The position numbers and the translations under genes are program-made. A stretch of DNA of 64,000 bases from Auanema rhodensis (Eukaryota; Animalia; Nematoda), in NCBI GenBank assembly GCA_964057225.1, contig OZ059896.1:1488001-1552000 (forward strand). Reading direction: 5' to 3'. Below are positions 51,401 to 64,000 of the stretch, in pieces (position 1 is the stretch's first letter; each line of letters starts with the position of its first letter). A model generated the notes under the pieces. That model worked only from the letters and a program-made list of their open reading frames with translations. It did no database searches and was not told the origin of the DNA.

Positions 51401-54400
51401 AAATTAGTCTAAAAACAAATTTTTATTTATATTGGTTCATGGTAACCATGACTTTGAAATTTACGTGAACTTTAATTTATGCTAATTTAATGTACACGTG
51501 ATGTGCACTTGGTATGTAACTCGCTTCACGTGAAAGATAAAGAGATGCGGTTTTCACAATTAGATTCCCCATGTCCATATTAGTCTAAAAACAAATTTTT
51601 ATTGATATTGATTCATGGTAACCATGACTTTGAAATTTACGTGAACTTCAATTTATGCTAATTAAATGTACACGTGATGTGCACTTGGTATGTAACTCGC
51701 TTCACGTGAAAGATAAATAGACGCGGTTTTCAAAATTAGATTCCCCATGTCCATATTAGTCTAAAAACAAATTTTTATTGATATTGGTTTATGGTAACCA
51801 TGACTTTGAAATTTACGTGAACTTTAATTTATGCTAATTAAATGTACACGTGATGTGCACTTGGTATGTAACTCGCTTCACGTGAAAGATAAAGAGATGC
51901 GGTTTTCAAAATTAGATTCCCCATGTCCATATTAGTCTAAAAACAAATTTTTATTGATATTGGTTTATGGTAACCATGACTTTGAAATTTACGTGAACTT
52001 TAATTTATGCTAATTTAATGTACACGTGATGTGCACTTGGTATGTAACTCGCTTCACGTGAAAGATAAAGAGATGCGGTTTTCACAATTAGATTCCCCAT
52101 GTCCATATTAGTCTAAAAACAAATTTTTATTGATATTGGTTCATGGTAACCATGACTTTGAAATTTACGTGAACTTTAATTTATGCTAATTAAATGTACA
52201 CGTGATGTGCACTTGGTATGTAACTCGCTTCACGTGAAAGATAAAGAGATGCGGTTTCCAAAATTAGATTCCCCATGTCCATATTAGTCTAAAAACAAAT
52301 TTTTATTGATATTGGTGCATGGTAACCATGACTTTGAAATTTACGTGAACTTTAATTTATGCTAATTAAATGTACACGTGATGTGCACTTGGTATGTAAC
52401 TCGCTTCACGTGAAAGATAAATAGACGCGGTTTTCAAAATTAGATTCCCCATGTCCAAATTAGTCTAAAAACAAATTTTTATTTATATTGGTTCATGGTA
52501 ACCATGACTTTGAAATTTACGTGAACTTTAATTTATGCTAATTAAATGTACACGTGATGTGCACTTGGAATGTAACTCGCTTCACGTGAAAGATAAAGAG
52601 ATGCGGTTTTCACAATTAGATTCCCCATGTCCATATTAGTCTAAAAACAAATTTTTATTGATATTGGTGCATGGTAACCATGACTTTGAAATTTACGTGA
52701 ACTTTAATTTATGCTAATTAAATGTACACGTGATGTGCACTTGGTATGTAACTCGCTTCACGTGAAAAATAAAGAGATGCGGTTTTCAAAATTAGATTCC
52801 CCATGTCCATATTAGTCTAAAAACAAATATTTATTGATATTGATTCATGGTAACCATGACTTTGAAATTTACGTGAACTTTAATTTATGCTAATTAAATG
52901 TACACGTGATGTGCACTTGGTATGTAACTCGCTTCACGTGAAAGATAAAGAGATGCGGTTTTCAAAATTTGATTCCCCATGTCCATATTAGTCTAAAAAC
53001 AAATTTTTAATGATATTGGTGCATGGTAACCATGACTTTGAAATTTACGTGAACTTTAATTTATGCTAATTAAATGTACACGTGATGTGCACTTGGTATG
53101 TAACTCGCTTCACGTGAAAGATAAATAGACGCGGTTTTCAAAATTAGATTCCCCATGTCCAAATTAGTCTAAAAACAAATTTTTATTTATATTGGTTCAT
53201 GGTAACCATGACTTTGAAATTTACGTGAACTTTAATTTATGCTAATTAAATGTACACGTGATGTGCACTTGGTATGTAACTCGCTTCACGTGAAAGATAA
53301 AGAGATGCGGTTTTCAAAATTAGATTCCCCATGTCCATATTAGTCTAAAAACAAATATTTATTGATATTGATTCATGGTAACCATGACTTTGAAATTTAC
53401 GTGAACTTTAATTTATGCTAATTAAATGTACACGTGATGTGCACTTGGTATGTAACTCGCTTCACGTAAAAGATAAAGAGATGCGGTTTTCAAAATTAGA
53501 TTCCCCATGTCCATATTAGTCTAAAAAAAAATTTTTAATGATATTGGTGCATGGTAACCATGACTTTGAAATTTACGTGAACTTTAATTTATGCTAATTA
53601 AATGTACACGTGATGTGCACTTGGTATGTAACTCGCTTCACGTGAAAGATAAAGAGATGCGGTTTTCAAAATTAGATTCCCCATGTCCATATTAGTCTAA
53701 AAACAAATTTTTATTGATATTGGTTCATGGTAACCATGACTTTGAAATTTACGTGAACTTTAATTTATGCTAATTAAATGTACACGTGATGTGCACTTGG
53801 TATGTAACTCGCTTCACGTGAAAGATAAAGAGATGCGGTTTTCAAAATTAGATTCCCCATGTCCGTATTAGTCTAAAAACAAATTTTTATTGATATTGGT
53901 GCATGGTAACCATGACTTTGAAATTTACGTGAACTTTAATTTATGCTAATTAAATGTACACGTGATGTGCACTTGGTATGTAACTCGCTTCACGTGAAAG
54001 ATAAATAGACGCGGTTTTCAAAATTAGATTCCCCATGTCCAAATTAGTCTAAAAACAAATTTTTATTTATATTGGTTCATGGTAACCATGACTTTGAAAT
54101 TTACGTGAACTTTAATTTATGCTAATTAAATGTACACGTGATGTGCACTTGGAATGTAACTCGCTTCACGTGAAAGATAAAGAGATGCGGTTTTCACAAT
54201 TAGATTCCCCATGTCCATATTAGTCTAAAAACAAATTTTTATTGATATTGGTGCATGGTAACCATGACTTTGAAATTTACGTGAACTTTAATTTATGCTA
54301 ATTAAATGTACACGTGATGTGCACTTGGTATGTAACTCGCTTCACGTGAAAAATAAAGAGATGCGGTTTTCAAAATTAGATTCCCCATGTCCATATTAGT

Positions 54401-57400
54401 CTAAAAACAAATATTTATTGATATTGATTCATGGTAACCATGACTTTGAAATTTACGTGAACTTTAATTTATGCTAATTAAATGTACACGTGATGTGCAC
54501 TTGGTATGTAACTCGCTTCACGTGAAAGATAAAGAGATGCGGTTTTCAAAATTTGATTCCCCATGTCCATATTAGTCTAAAAACAAATTTTTAATGATAT
54601 TGGTGCATGGTAACCATGACTTTGAAATTTACGTGAACTTTAATTTATGCTAATTAAATGTACACGTGATGTGCACTTGGTATGTAACTCGCTTCACGTG
54701 AAAGATAAATAGACGCGGTTTTCAAAATTAGATTCCCCATGTCCAAATTAGTCTAAAAACAAATTTTTATTTATATTGGTTCATGGTAACCATGACTTTG
54801 AAATTTACGTGAACTTTAATTTATGCTAATTAAATGTACACGTGATGTGCACTTGGTATGTAACTCGCTTCACGTGAAAGATAAAGAGATGCGGTTTTCA
54901 AAATTAGATTCCCCATGTCCATATTAGTCTAAAAACAAATATTTATTGATATTGATTCATGGTAACCATGACTTTGAAATTTACGTGAACTTTAATTTAT
55001 GCTAATTAAATGTACACGTGATGTGCACTTGGTATGTAACTCGCTTCACGTAAAAGATAAAGAGATGCGGTTTTCAAAATTAGATTCCCCATGTCCATAT
55101 TAGTCTAAAAACAAATTTTTAATGATATTGGTGCATGGTAACCATGACTTTGAAATTTACGTGAACTTTAATTTATGCTAATTAAATGTACACGTGATGT
55201 GCACTTGGTATGTAACTCGCTTCACGTGAAAGATAAAGAGATGCGGTTTTCAAAATTAGATTCCCCATGTCCATATTAGTCTAAAAACAAATTTTTATTG
55301 ATATTGGTTCATGGTAACCATGACTTTGAAATTTACGTGAACTTTAATTTATGCTAATTAAATGTACACGTGATGTGCACTTGGTATGTAACTCGCTTCA
55401 CGTGAAAGATAAAGAGATGCGGTTTTCAAAATTAGATTCCCCATGTCCGTATTAGTCTAAAAACAAATTTTTATTGATATTGGTGCATGGTAACCATGAC
55501 TTTGAAATTTACGTGAACTTTAATTTATGCTAATTAAATGTACACGTGATGTGCACTTGGTATGTAACTCGCTTCACGTGAAAGATAAAGAGATGCGGTT
55601 TTCACAATTAGATTCCCCATGTCCATATTAGTCTAAAAACAAATTTTTATTGATATTGGTTCATGGTAACCATGACTTTGAAATTTACGTGAACTTTAAT
55701 TTATGCTAATTAAATGTACACGTGATGTGCACTTGGTATGTAACTCGCTTCACGTGAAAGATAAAGAGATGCGGTTTTCAAAATTAGATTCCCCATGTCC
55801 ATATTAGTCTAAAAACAAATTTTTATTGATATTGGTGCATGGTAACCATGACTTTGAAATTTACGTGAACTTTAATTTATGCTAATTAAATGTACACGTG
55901 ATGTGCACTTGGTATGTAACTCGCTTCACGTGAAAGATAAATAGACGCGGTTTTCAAAATTAGATTCCCCATGTCCAAATTAGTCTAAAAACAAATTTTT
56001 ATTTATATTGGTTCATGGTAACCATGACTTTGAAATTTACGTGAACTTTAATTTATGCTAATTAAATGTACACGTGATGTGCACTTGGTATGTAACTCGC
56101 TTCACGTGAAAGATAAAAAGATGCGGTTTTCACAATTAGATTCCCCATGTCCATATTAGTCTAAAAACAAATTTTTATTGATATTGGTGCATGGTAACCA
56201 TGACTTTGAAATTTACGTGAACTTTAATTTATGCTAATTAAATGTACACGTGATGTGCACTTGGTATGTAACTCGCTTCACGTGAAAGATAAATAGACGC
56301 GGTTTTCAAAATTAGATTCCCCATGTCCAAATTAGTCTAAAAACAAATTTTTATTTATATTGGTTCATGGTAACCATGACTTTGAAATTTACGTGAACTT
56401 TAATTTATGCTAATTAAATGTACACGTGATGTGCACTTGGTATGTAACTCGCTTCACGTGAAAGATAAAAAGATGCGGTTTTCACAATTAGATTCCCCAT
56501 GTCCATATTAGTCTAAAAACAAATTTTTATTGATATTGGTGCATGGTAACCATGACTTTGAAATTTACGTGAACTTTAATTTATGCTAATTAAATGTACA
56601 CGTGATGTGCACTTGGTATGTAACTCGCTTCACGTGAAAGATAAATAGACGCGGTTTTCAAAATTAGATTCCCCATGTCCAAATTAGTCTAAAAACAAAT
56701 TTTTATTTATATTGGTTCATGGTAACCATGACTTTGAAATTTACGTGAACTTTAATTTATGCTAATTTAATGTACACGTGATGTGCACTTGGTATGTAAC
56801 TCGCTTCACGTGAAAGATAAAGAGATGCGGTTCTCACAATTAGATTCCCCATGTCCATATTAGTCTAAAAACAAATTTTTATTGATATTGGTGCATGGTA
56901 ACCATGACTTTGAAATTTACGTGAACTTTAATTTATGCTAATTAAATGTACACGTGATGTGCACTTGGTATGTAACTCGCTTCACGTGAAAGATAAATAG
57001 ATGCGGTTTTCAAAATTAGATTCCCCATGTCCATATTAGTCTAAAAACAAATTTTTATTGATATTGGTGCATGGTAACCATGACTTTGAAATTTACGTGA
57101 ACTTCAATTTATGCTAATTTAATGTACAAGTGATGTGCACTTGGTATGTAACTCGCTTCACGTGAAAGATAAAGAGATGCGGTTTTCACAATTAGATTCC
57201 CCATGTCCATATTAGTCTAAAAACAAATTTTTATTGATATTGGTGCATGGTAACCATGACTTTGAAATTTACGTGAACTTTAATTTATGCTAATTAAATG
57301 TACACGTGATGTGCACTTGGTATGTAACTCGCTTCACGTGAAAGATAAAGAGATGCGGTTTTCAAAATTAGATTCCCCATGTCCATATTAGTCTAAAAAC

Positions 57401-60400
57401 AAATTTTTATTGATATTGGTTCATGCTAACCATGACTTTGAAATTTACGTGAACTTTAATTTATGCTAATTAAATGTACACGTGATGTGCACTTGGTATG
57501 TAACTCGCTTCACGTGAAAGATAAAGAGATGCGGTTTTCAAAATTAGATTCCCCATGTCCATATTAGTCTAAAAACAAATTTTTATTGATATTGGTTCAT
57601 GGTAACCATGACTTTGAAATTTACGTGAACTTTAATTTATGCTAATTGAATGTACACGTGATGTGCACTTGGTATGTAACTCGCTTCACGTGAAAGATAA
57701 AGAGATGCGGTTTTCAAAATTAGATTCGCCATGTCCAAATTAGTCTAAAAACAAATTTTTATTGATATTGGTTCATGGTAACCATGACTTTGAAATTTAC
57801 GTGAACTTTAATTTATGCTAATTAAATGTACACGTGATGTGCACTTGGTATGTAACTCGCTTCACGTGAAAGATAAAGAGATGCGGTTTTCACAATTAGA
57901 TTCCCCATGTCCATATTAGTCTAAAAACAAATTTTTATTGATATTGATTCATGGTAACCATGACTTTGAAATTTACGTGAACTTTAATTTATGCTAATTA
58001 AATGTACACGTGATGTGCACTTGGTATGTAACTCGCTTCACGTGAAAGATAAAGAGATGCGGTTTTCAAAATTAGATTCCCCATGTCCATATTAGTCTAA
58101 AAACAAATTTTTATTGATATTGGTTTATGGTAACTATGACTTTGAAATTTACGTGAATTTTAATTTATGCTAATTAAATGTACACGTGATGTGCACTTGG
58201 TATGTAACTCGCTTCACGTGAAAGATAAATAGACGCGGTTTTCAAAATTAGATTCCCCATGTCCAAATTAGTCTAAAAACAAATTTTTATTTTTATTGGT
58301 TCATGGTAACCATGACTTTGAAATTTACGTGAACTTTAATTTATGCTAATTAAATGTACACGTGATGTGCACTTGGTATGTAACTCGCTTCACGTGAAAG
58401 ATAAAAAGATGCGGTTTTCACAATTAGATTCCCCATGTCCATATTAGTCTAAAAACAAATTTTTATTTATATTGGTTCATGGTAACCATGACTTTGAAAT
58501 TTACGTGAACTTTAATTTATGCTAATTAAATGTACACGTGATGTGCACTTGGTATGTAACTCGCTTCACGTGAAAGATAAAAAGATGCGGTTTTCACAAT
58601 TAGATTCCCCATGTCCATATTAGTCTAAAAACAAATTTTTATTGATATTGGTGCATGGTAACCATGACTTTGAAATTTACGTGAACTTTAATTTATGCTA
58701 ATTAAATGTACACGTGATGTGCACTTGGTATGTAACTCGCTTCACGTGAAAGATAAATAGACGCGGTTTTCAAAATTAGATTCCCCATGTCCATATTAGT
58801 CTAAAAACAAATTTTTATTGATATTGGAGCATGGTAACCATGACTTTGAAATTTACGTGAACTTTAATTTATGCTAATTTAATGTACACGTGATGTGCAC
58901 TTGGTATGTAACTCGCTTCACGTGAAAGATAAATAGATGCGGTTTTCAAAATTAGATTCCCCATGTCCAAATTAGTCTAAAAACAAATTTTTATTGATAT
59001 TGGTTCATGGTAACCATGACTTTGAAATTTACGTGAACTTCAATTTATGCTAATTTAATGTACAAGTGATGTGCACTTGGTATGTAACTCGCTTCACGTG
59101 AAAGATAAAGAGATGCGGTTTTCACAATTAGATTCCCCATGTCCATATTAGTCTAAAAACAAATTTTTATTGATATTGGTGCATGGTAACCATGACTTTG
59201 AAATTTACGTGAACTTTAATTTATGCTAATTAAATGTACACGTGATGTGCACTTGGTATGTAACTCGCTTCACGTGAAAGATAAAGAGATGCGGTTTTCA
59301 AAATTAGATTCCCCATGTCCATATTAGTCTAAAAACAAATTTTTATTGATATTGGTTCATGGTAACCATGACTTTGAAATTTACGTGAACTTTAATTTAT
59401 GCTAATTGAATGTACACGTGATGTGCACTTGGTATGTAACTCGCTTCACGTGAAAGATAAAGAGATGCGGTTTTCAAAATTAGATTCCCCATGTCCAAAT
59501 TAGTCTAAAAACAAAATTTTATTGATATTGGTTCATGGTAACCATGACTTTGAAATTTACGTGAACTTTAATTTATGCTAATTAAATGTACACGTGATGT
59601 GCACTTGGTATGTAACTCGCTTCACGTGAAAGATAAAGAGATGCGGTTTTCACAATTAGATTCCCCATGTCCATATTAGTCTAAAAACAAATTTTTATTG
59701 ATATTGGTGCATGGTAACCATGACTTTGAAATTTACGTGAACTTTAATTTATGCTAATTAAATGTACACGTGATGTGCACTTGGTATGTAACTCGCTTCA
59801 CGTGAAAGATAAAGAGATGCGGTTTTCAAAATTAGATTCCCCATGTCCATATTAGTCTAAAAACAAATTTTTATTGATATTGGTTCATGGTAACCATGAC
59901 TTTGAAATTTACGTGAACTTTAATTTATGCTAATTGAATGTACACGTGATGTGCACTTGGTATGTAACTCGCTTCACGTGAAAGATAAAGAGATGCGGTT
60001 TTCAAAATTAGATTCCCCATGTCCAAATTAGTCTAAAAACAAAATTTTATTGATATTGGTTCATGGTAACCATGACTTTGAAATTTACGTGAACTTTAAT
60101 TTATGCTAATTAAATGTACACGTGATGTGCACTTGGTATGTAACTCGCTTCACGTGAAAGATAAAGAGATGCGGTTTTCACAATTAGATTCCCCATGTCC
60201 ATATTAGTCTAAAAACAAATTTTTATTGATATTGATTCATGGTAACCATGACTTTGAAATTTACGTGAACTTCAATTTATGCTAATTAAATGTACACGTG
60301 ATGTGCACTTGGTATGTAACTCGCTTCACGTGAAAGATAAATAGACGCGGTTTTCAAAATTAGATTCCCCATGTCCAAATTAGTCTAAAAACAAATTTTT

Positions 60401-63400
60401 ATTTATTTTGGTTCATGGTAACCATGACTTTGAAATTTACGTGAACTTTAATTTATGCTAATTGAATGTACACGTGATGTGCACTTGGTATGTAACTCGC
60501 TTCACGTGAAAGATAAAGAGATGCGGTTTTCAAAATTAGATTCCCCATGTCCAAATTAGTCTAAAAACAAATTTTTATTTATATTGGTTCATGGTAACCA
60601 TGACTTTGAAATTTACGTGAACTTTAATTTATGCTAATTAAATGTACACGTGATGTGCACTTGGTATGTAACTCGCTTCACGTGAAAGATAAATAGACGC
60701 GGTTTTCAAAATTAGATTCCCCATGTCCATATTAGTCTAAAAACAAATTTTTATTGATATTGGAGCATGGTAACCATGACTTTGAAATTTACGTGAACTT
60801 TAATTTATGCTAATTTAATGTACACGTGATGTGCACTTGGTATGTAACTCGCTTCACGTGAAAGATAAATAGATGCGGTTTTCAAAATTAGATTCCCCAT
60901 GTCCAAATTAGTCTAAAAACAAATTTTTATTGATATTGGTTCATGGTAACCATGACTTTGAAATTTACGTGAACTTCAATTTATGCTAATTTAATGTACA
61001 AGTGATGTGCACTTGGTATGTAACTCGCTTCACGTGAAAGATAAAGAGATGCGGTTCTCACAATTAGATTCCCCATGTCCATATTAGTCTAAAAACAAAT
61101 TTTTATTGATATTGGAGCATGGTAACCATGACTTTGAAATTTACGTGAACTTTAATTTATGCTAATTAAATGTACACGTGATGTGCACTTGGTATGTAAC
61201 TCGCTTCACGTGAAAGATAAATAGATGCGGTTTTCAAAATTAGATTCCCCATGTCCAAATTAGTCTAAAAACAAATTTTTATTGATATTGGTTCATGGTA
61301 ACCATGACTTTGAAATTTACGTGAACTTCAATTTATGCTAATTTAATGTACAAGTGATGTGCACTTGGTATGTAACTCGCTTCACGTGAAAGATAAAGAG
61401 ATGCGGTTTTCACAATTAGATTCCCCATGTCCATATTAGTCTAAAAACAAATTTTTATTGATATTGGTGCATGGTAACCATGACTTTGAAATTTACGTGA
61501 ACTTTAATTTATGCTAATTAAATGTACACGTGATGTGCACTTGGTATGTAACTCGCTTCACGTGAAAGATAAAGAGATGCGGTTTTCAAAATTAGATTCC
61601 CCATGTCCATATTAGTCTAAAAACAAATTTTTATTGATATTGGTTTATGCTAACCATGACTTTGAAATTTACGTGAACTTTAATTTATGCTAATTAAATG
61701 TACACGTGATGTGCACTTGGTATGTAACTCGCTTCACGTGAAAGATAAAGAGATGCGGTTTTCAAAATTAGATTCCCCATGTCCATATTAGTCTAAAAAC
61801 AAATTTTTATTGATATTGGTTCATGGTAACCATGACTTTGAAATTTACGTGAACTTTAATTTATGCTAATTGAATGTACACGTGATGTGCACTTGGTATG
61901 TAACTCGCTTCACGTGAAAGATAAAGAGATGCGGTTTTCAAAATTAGATTCCCCATGTCCAAATTAGTCTAAAAACAAATTTTTATCGATATTGGTTCAT
62001 GGTAACCATGACTTTGAAATTTACGTGAACTTTAATTTATGCTAATTAAATGTACACGTGATGTGCACTTGGTATGTAACTCGCTTCACGTGAAAGATAA
62101 AGAGATGCGGTTTTCACAATTAGATTCCCCATGTCCATATTAGTCTAAAAACAAATTTTTATTGATATTGATTCATGGTAACCATGACTTTGAAATTTAC
62201 GTGAACTTCAATTTATGCTAATTAAATGTACACGTGATGTGCACTTGGTATGTAACTCGCTTCACGTGAAAGATAAATAGACGCGGTTTTCAAAATTAGA
62301 TTCCCCATGTCCAAATTAGTCTAAAAACAAATTTTTATTTATATTGGTTCATGGTAACCATGACTTTGAAATTTACGTGAACTTTAATTTATGCTAATTT
62401 AATGTACACGTGATGTGCACTTGGTATGTAACTCGCTTCACGTGAAAGATAAAGAGATGCGGTTTTCACAATTAGATTCCCCATGTCCATATTAGTCTAA
62501 AAACAAATTTTTATTGATATTGGTTTATGGTAACCATGACTTTGAAATTTACGTGAACTTTAATTTATGCTAATTAAATGTACACGTGATGTGCACTTGG
62601 TATGTAACTCGCTTCACGTGAAAGATAAATAGACGCGGTTTTCAAAATTAGATTCCCCATGTCCAAATTAGTCTAAAAACAAATTTTTATTTATATTGGT
62701 TCATGGTAACCATGACTTTGAAATTTACGTGAACTTTAATTTATGCTAATTTAATGTACACGTGATGTGCACTTGGTATGTAACTCGCTTCACGTGAAAG
62801 ATAAAGAGATGCGGTTTTCAAAATTAGATTCCCCATGTCCATATTAGTCTAAAAACAAATTTTTATTGATATTGGTTTATGGTAACCATGACTTTGAAAT
62901 TTACGTGAACTTTAATTTATGCTAATTAAATGTACACGTGATGTGCACTTGGTATGTAACTCGCTTCACGTGAAAGATAAAGAGATGCGGTTTTCACAAT
63001 TAGATTCCCCATGTCCATATTAGTCTAAAAACAAATTTTTATTGATATTGGTTTATGGTAACCATGACTTTGAAATTTACGTGAACTTTAATTTATGCTA
63101 ATTAAATGTACACGTGATGTGCACTTGGTATGTAACTCGCTTCACGTGAAAGATAAAGAGATGCGGTTTTCAAAATTAGATTCCCCATGTCCATATTAGT
63201 CTAAAAACAAATTTTTATTGATATTGGTTTATGGTAACCATGACTTTGAAATTTACGTGAACTTTAATTTATGCTAATTAAATGTACACGTGATGTGCAT
63301 TTGGTATGTAACTCGCTTCACGTGAAAGATAAATAGACGCGGTTTTCAAAATTAGATTCCCCATGTCCAAATTAGTCTAAAAACAAATTTTTATTTATAT

Positions 63401-64000
63401 TGGTTCATGGTAACCATGACTTTGAAATTTACGTGAACTTTAATTTATGCTAATTTAATGTACACGTGATGTGCACTTGGTATGTAACTCGCTTCACGTG
63501 AAAAATAAAGAGATGCGGTTTTCACAATTAGATTCCCCATGTCCATATTAGTCTAAAAACAAATTTTTATTGATATTGGTTCATGGTAACCATGACTTTG
63601 AAATTTACGTGAACTTTAATTTATGCTAATTAAATGTACACGTGATGTGCACTTGGTATGTAACTCGCTTCACGTGAAAGATAAATAGACGCGGTTTTCA
63701 AAATTAGATTCCCCATGTCCAAATTAGTCTAAAAACAAATTTTTATTTATATTGGTTCATGGTAACCATGACTTTGAAATTTACGTGAACTTTAATTTAT
63801 GCTAATTTAATGTACACGTGATGTGCACTTGGTATGTAACTCGCTTCACGTGAAAGATAAAGAGATGCGGTTTTCACAATTAGATTCCCCATGTCCATAT
63901 TAGTCTAAAAACAAATTTTTATTGATATTGGTTTATGGTAACCATGACTTTGAAATTTACGTGAACTTTAATTTATGCTAATTAAATGTACACGTGATGT
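42404..64000 (-). repeat. Tandem satellite array, same 176-bp monomer, inverted orientation (about 122.7 copies; runs off the right edge)
   Basis: From 42404 the sequence reads AAAATTAGATTCCCCATGTCCATATTAGTCTAAAAAC, the reverse complement of the forward monomer. Period 176 holds to the end of the window (same register at 63876 = 42404 + 122x176). Confidence 0.99.
52260..55430 (-). repeat. 9-monomer (1584-bp) tandem higher-order duplication in the inverted 176-bp array (ends approximate)
   Basis: Rare variants TTGGAATGT (GG at 52567 and 54151), GTGAAAAATAAAG, AAAATTTGATTCC and CACGTAAAAG each recur at offset 1584. Confidence 0.85.

Noticed and set aside
27513-57277. Foldback-type transposon with the satellite arms as terminal inverted repeats
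   Set aside because: The right arm continues past the symmetric position to the window end, and no terminus, target-site duplication or internal coding region is visible.
27513-64000. CRISPR-like array suggested by regularly spaced palindromes
   Set aside because: There are no unique spacers, the whole 176-bp unit repeats, and there are no cas genes or leader.
1-64000. rDNA, 5S, tRNA or snRNA tandem gene array, or telomeric repeat
   Set aside because: Neither monomer has a recognisable structural RNA sequence, Pol III A/B boxes or short telomeric motif runs.

Overview
The window is entirely eukaryotic-type satellite DNA (about 32% GC by my count of one monomer of each family), with no genes, RNA genes or intact mobile elements. 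It has three blocks. (1) 1-27512 is a tandem array of a 351-bp monomer (about 78.4 copies) with nested higher-order duplications and more diverged copies near its right edge. (2) 27513-42393 is a tandem array of a different 176-bp monomer (about 84.5 copies), joined to the first array with no spacer. (3) 42404-64000 is the same 176-bp monomer in the opposite orientation (about 122.7 copies). The orientation switch at about 42.39 kb falls at almost the same monomer position on both sides, so the two 176-bp blocks form a roughly 30-kb imperfect palindrome with a 17-nt central loop that includes a 10-nt non-satellite insert. The two arms carry different variant sets, so they are not a simple mirror copy. 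The architecture looks like (peri)centromeric heterochromatin, possibly from a low-methylation invertebrate, but I cannot identify the species or name the families from the sequence alone.
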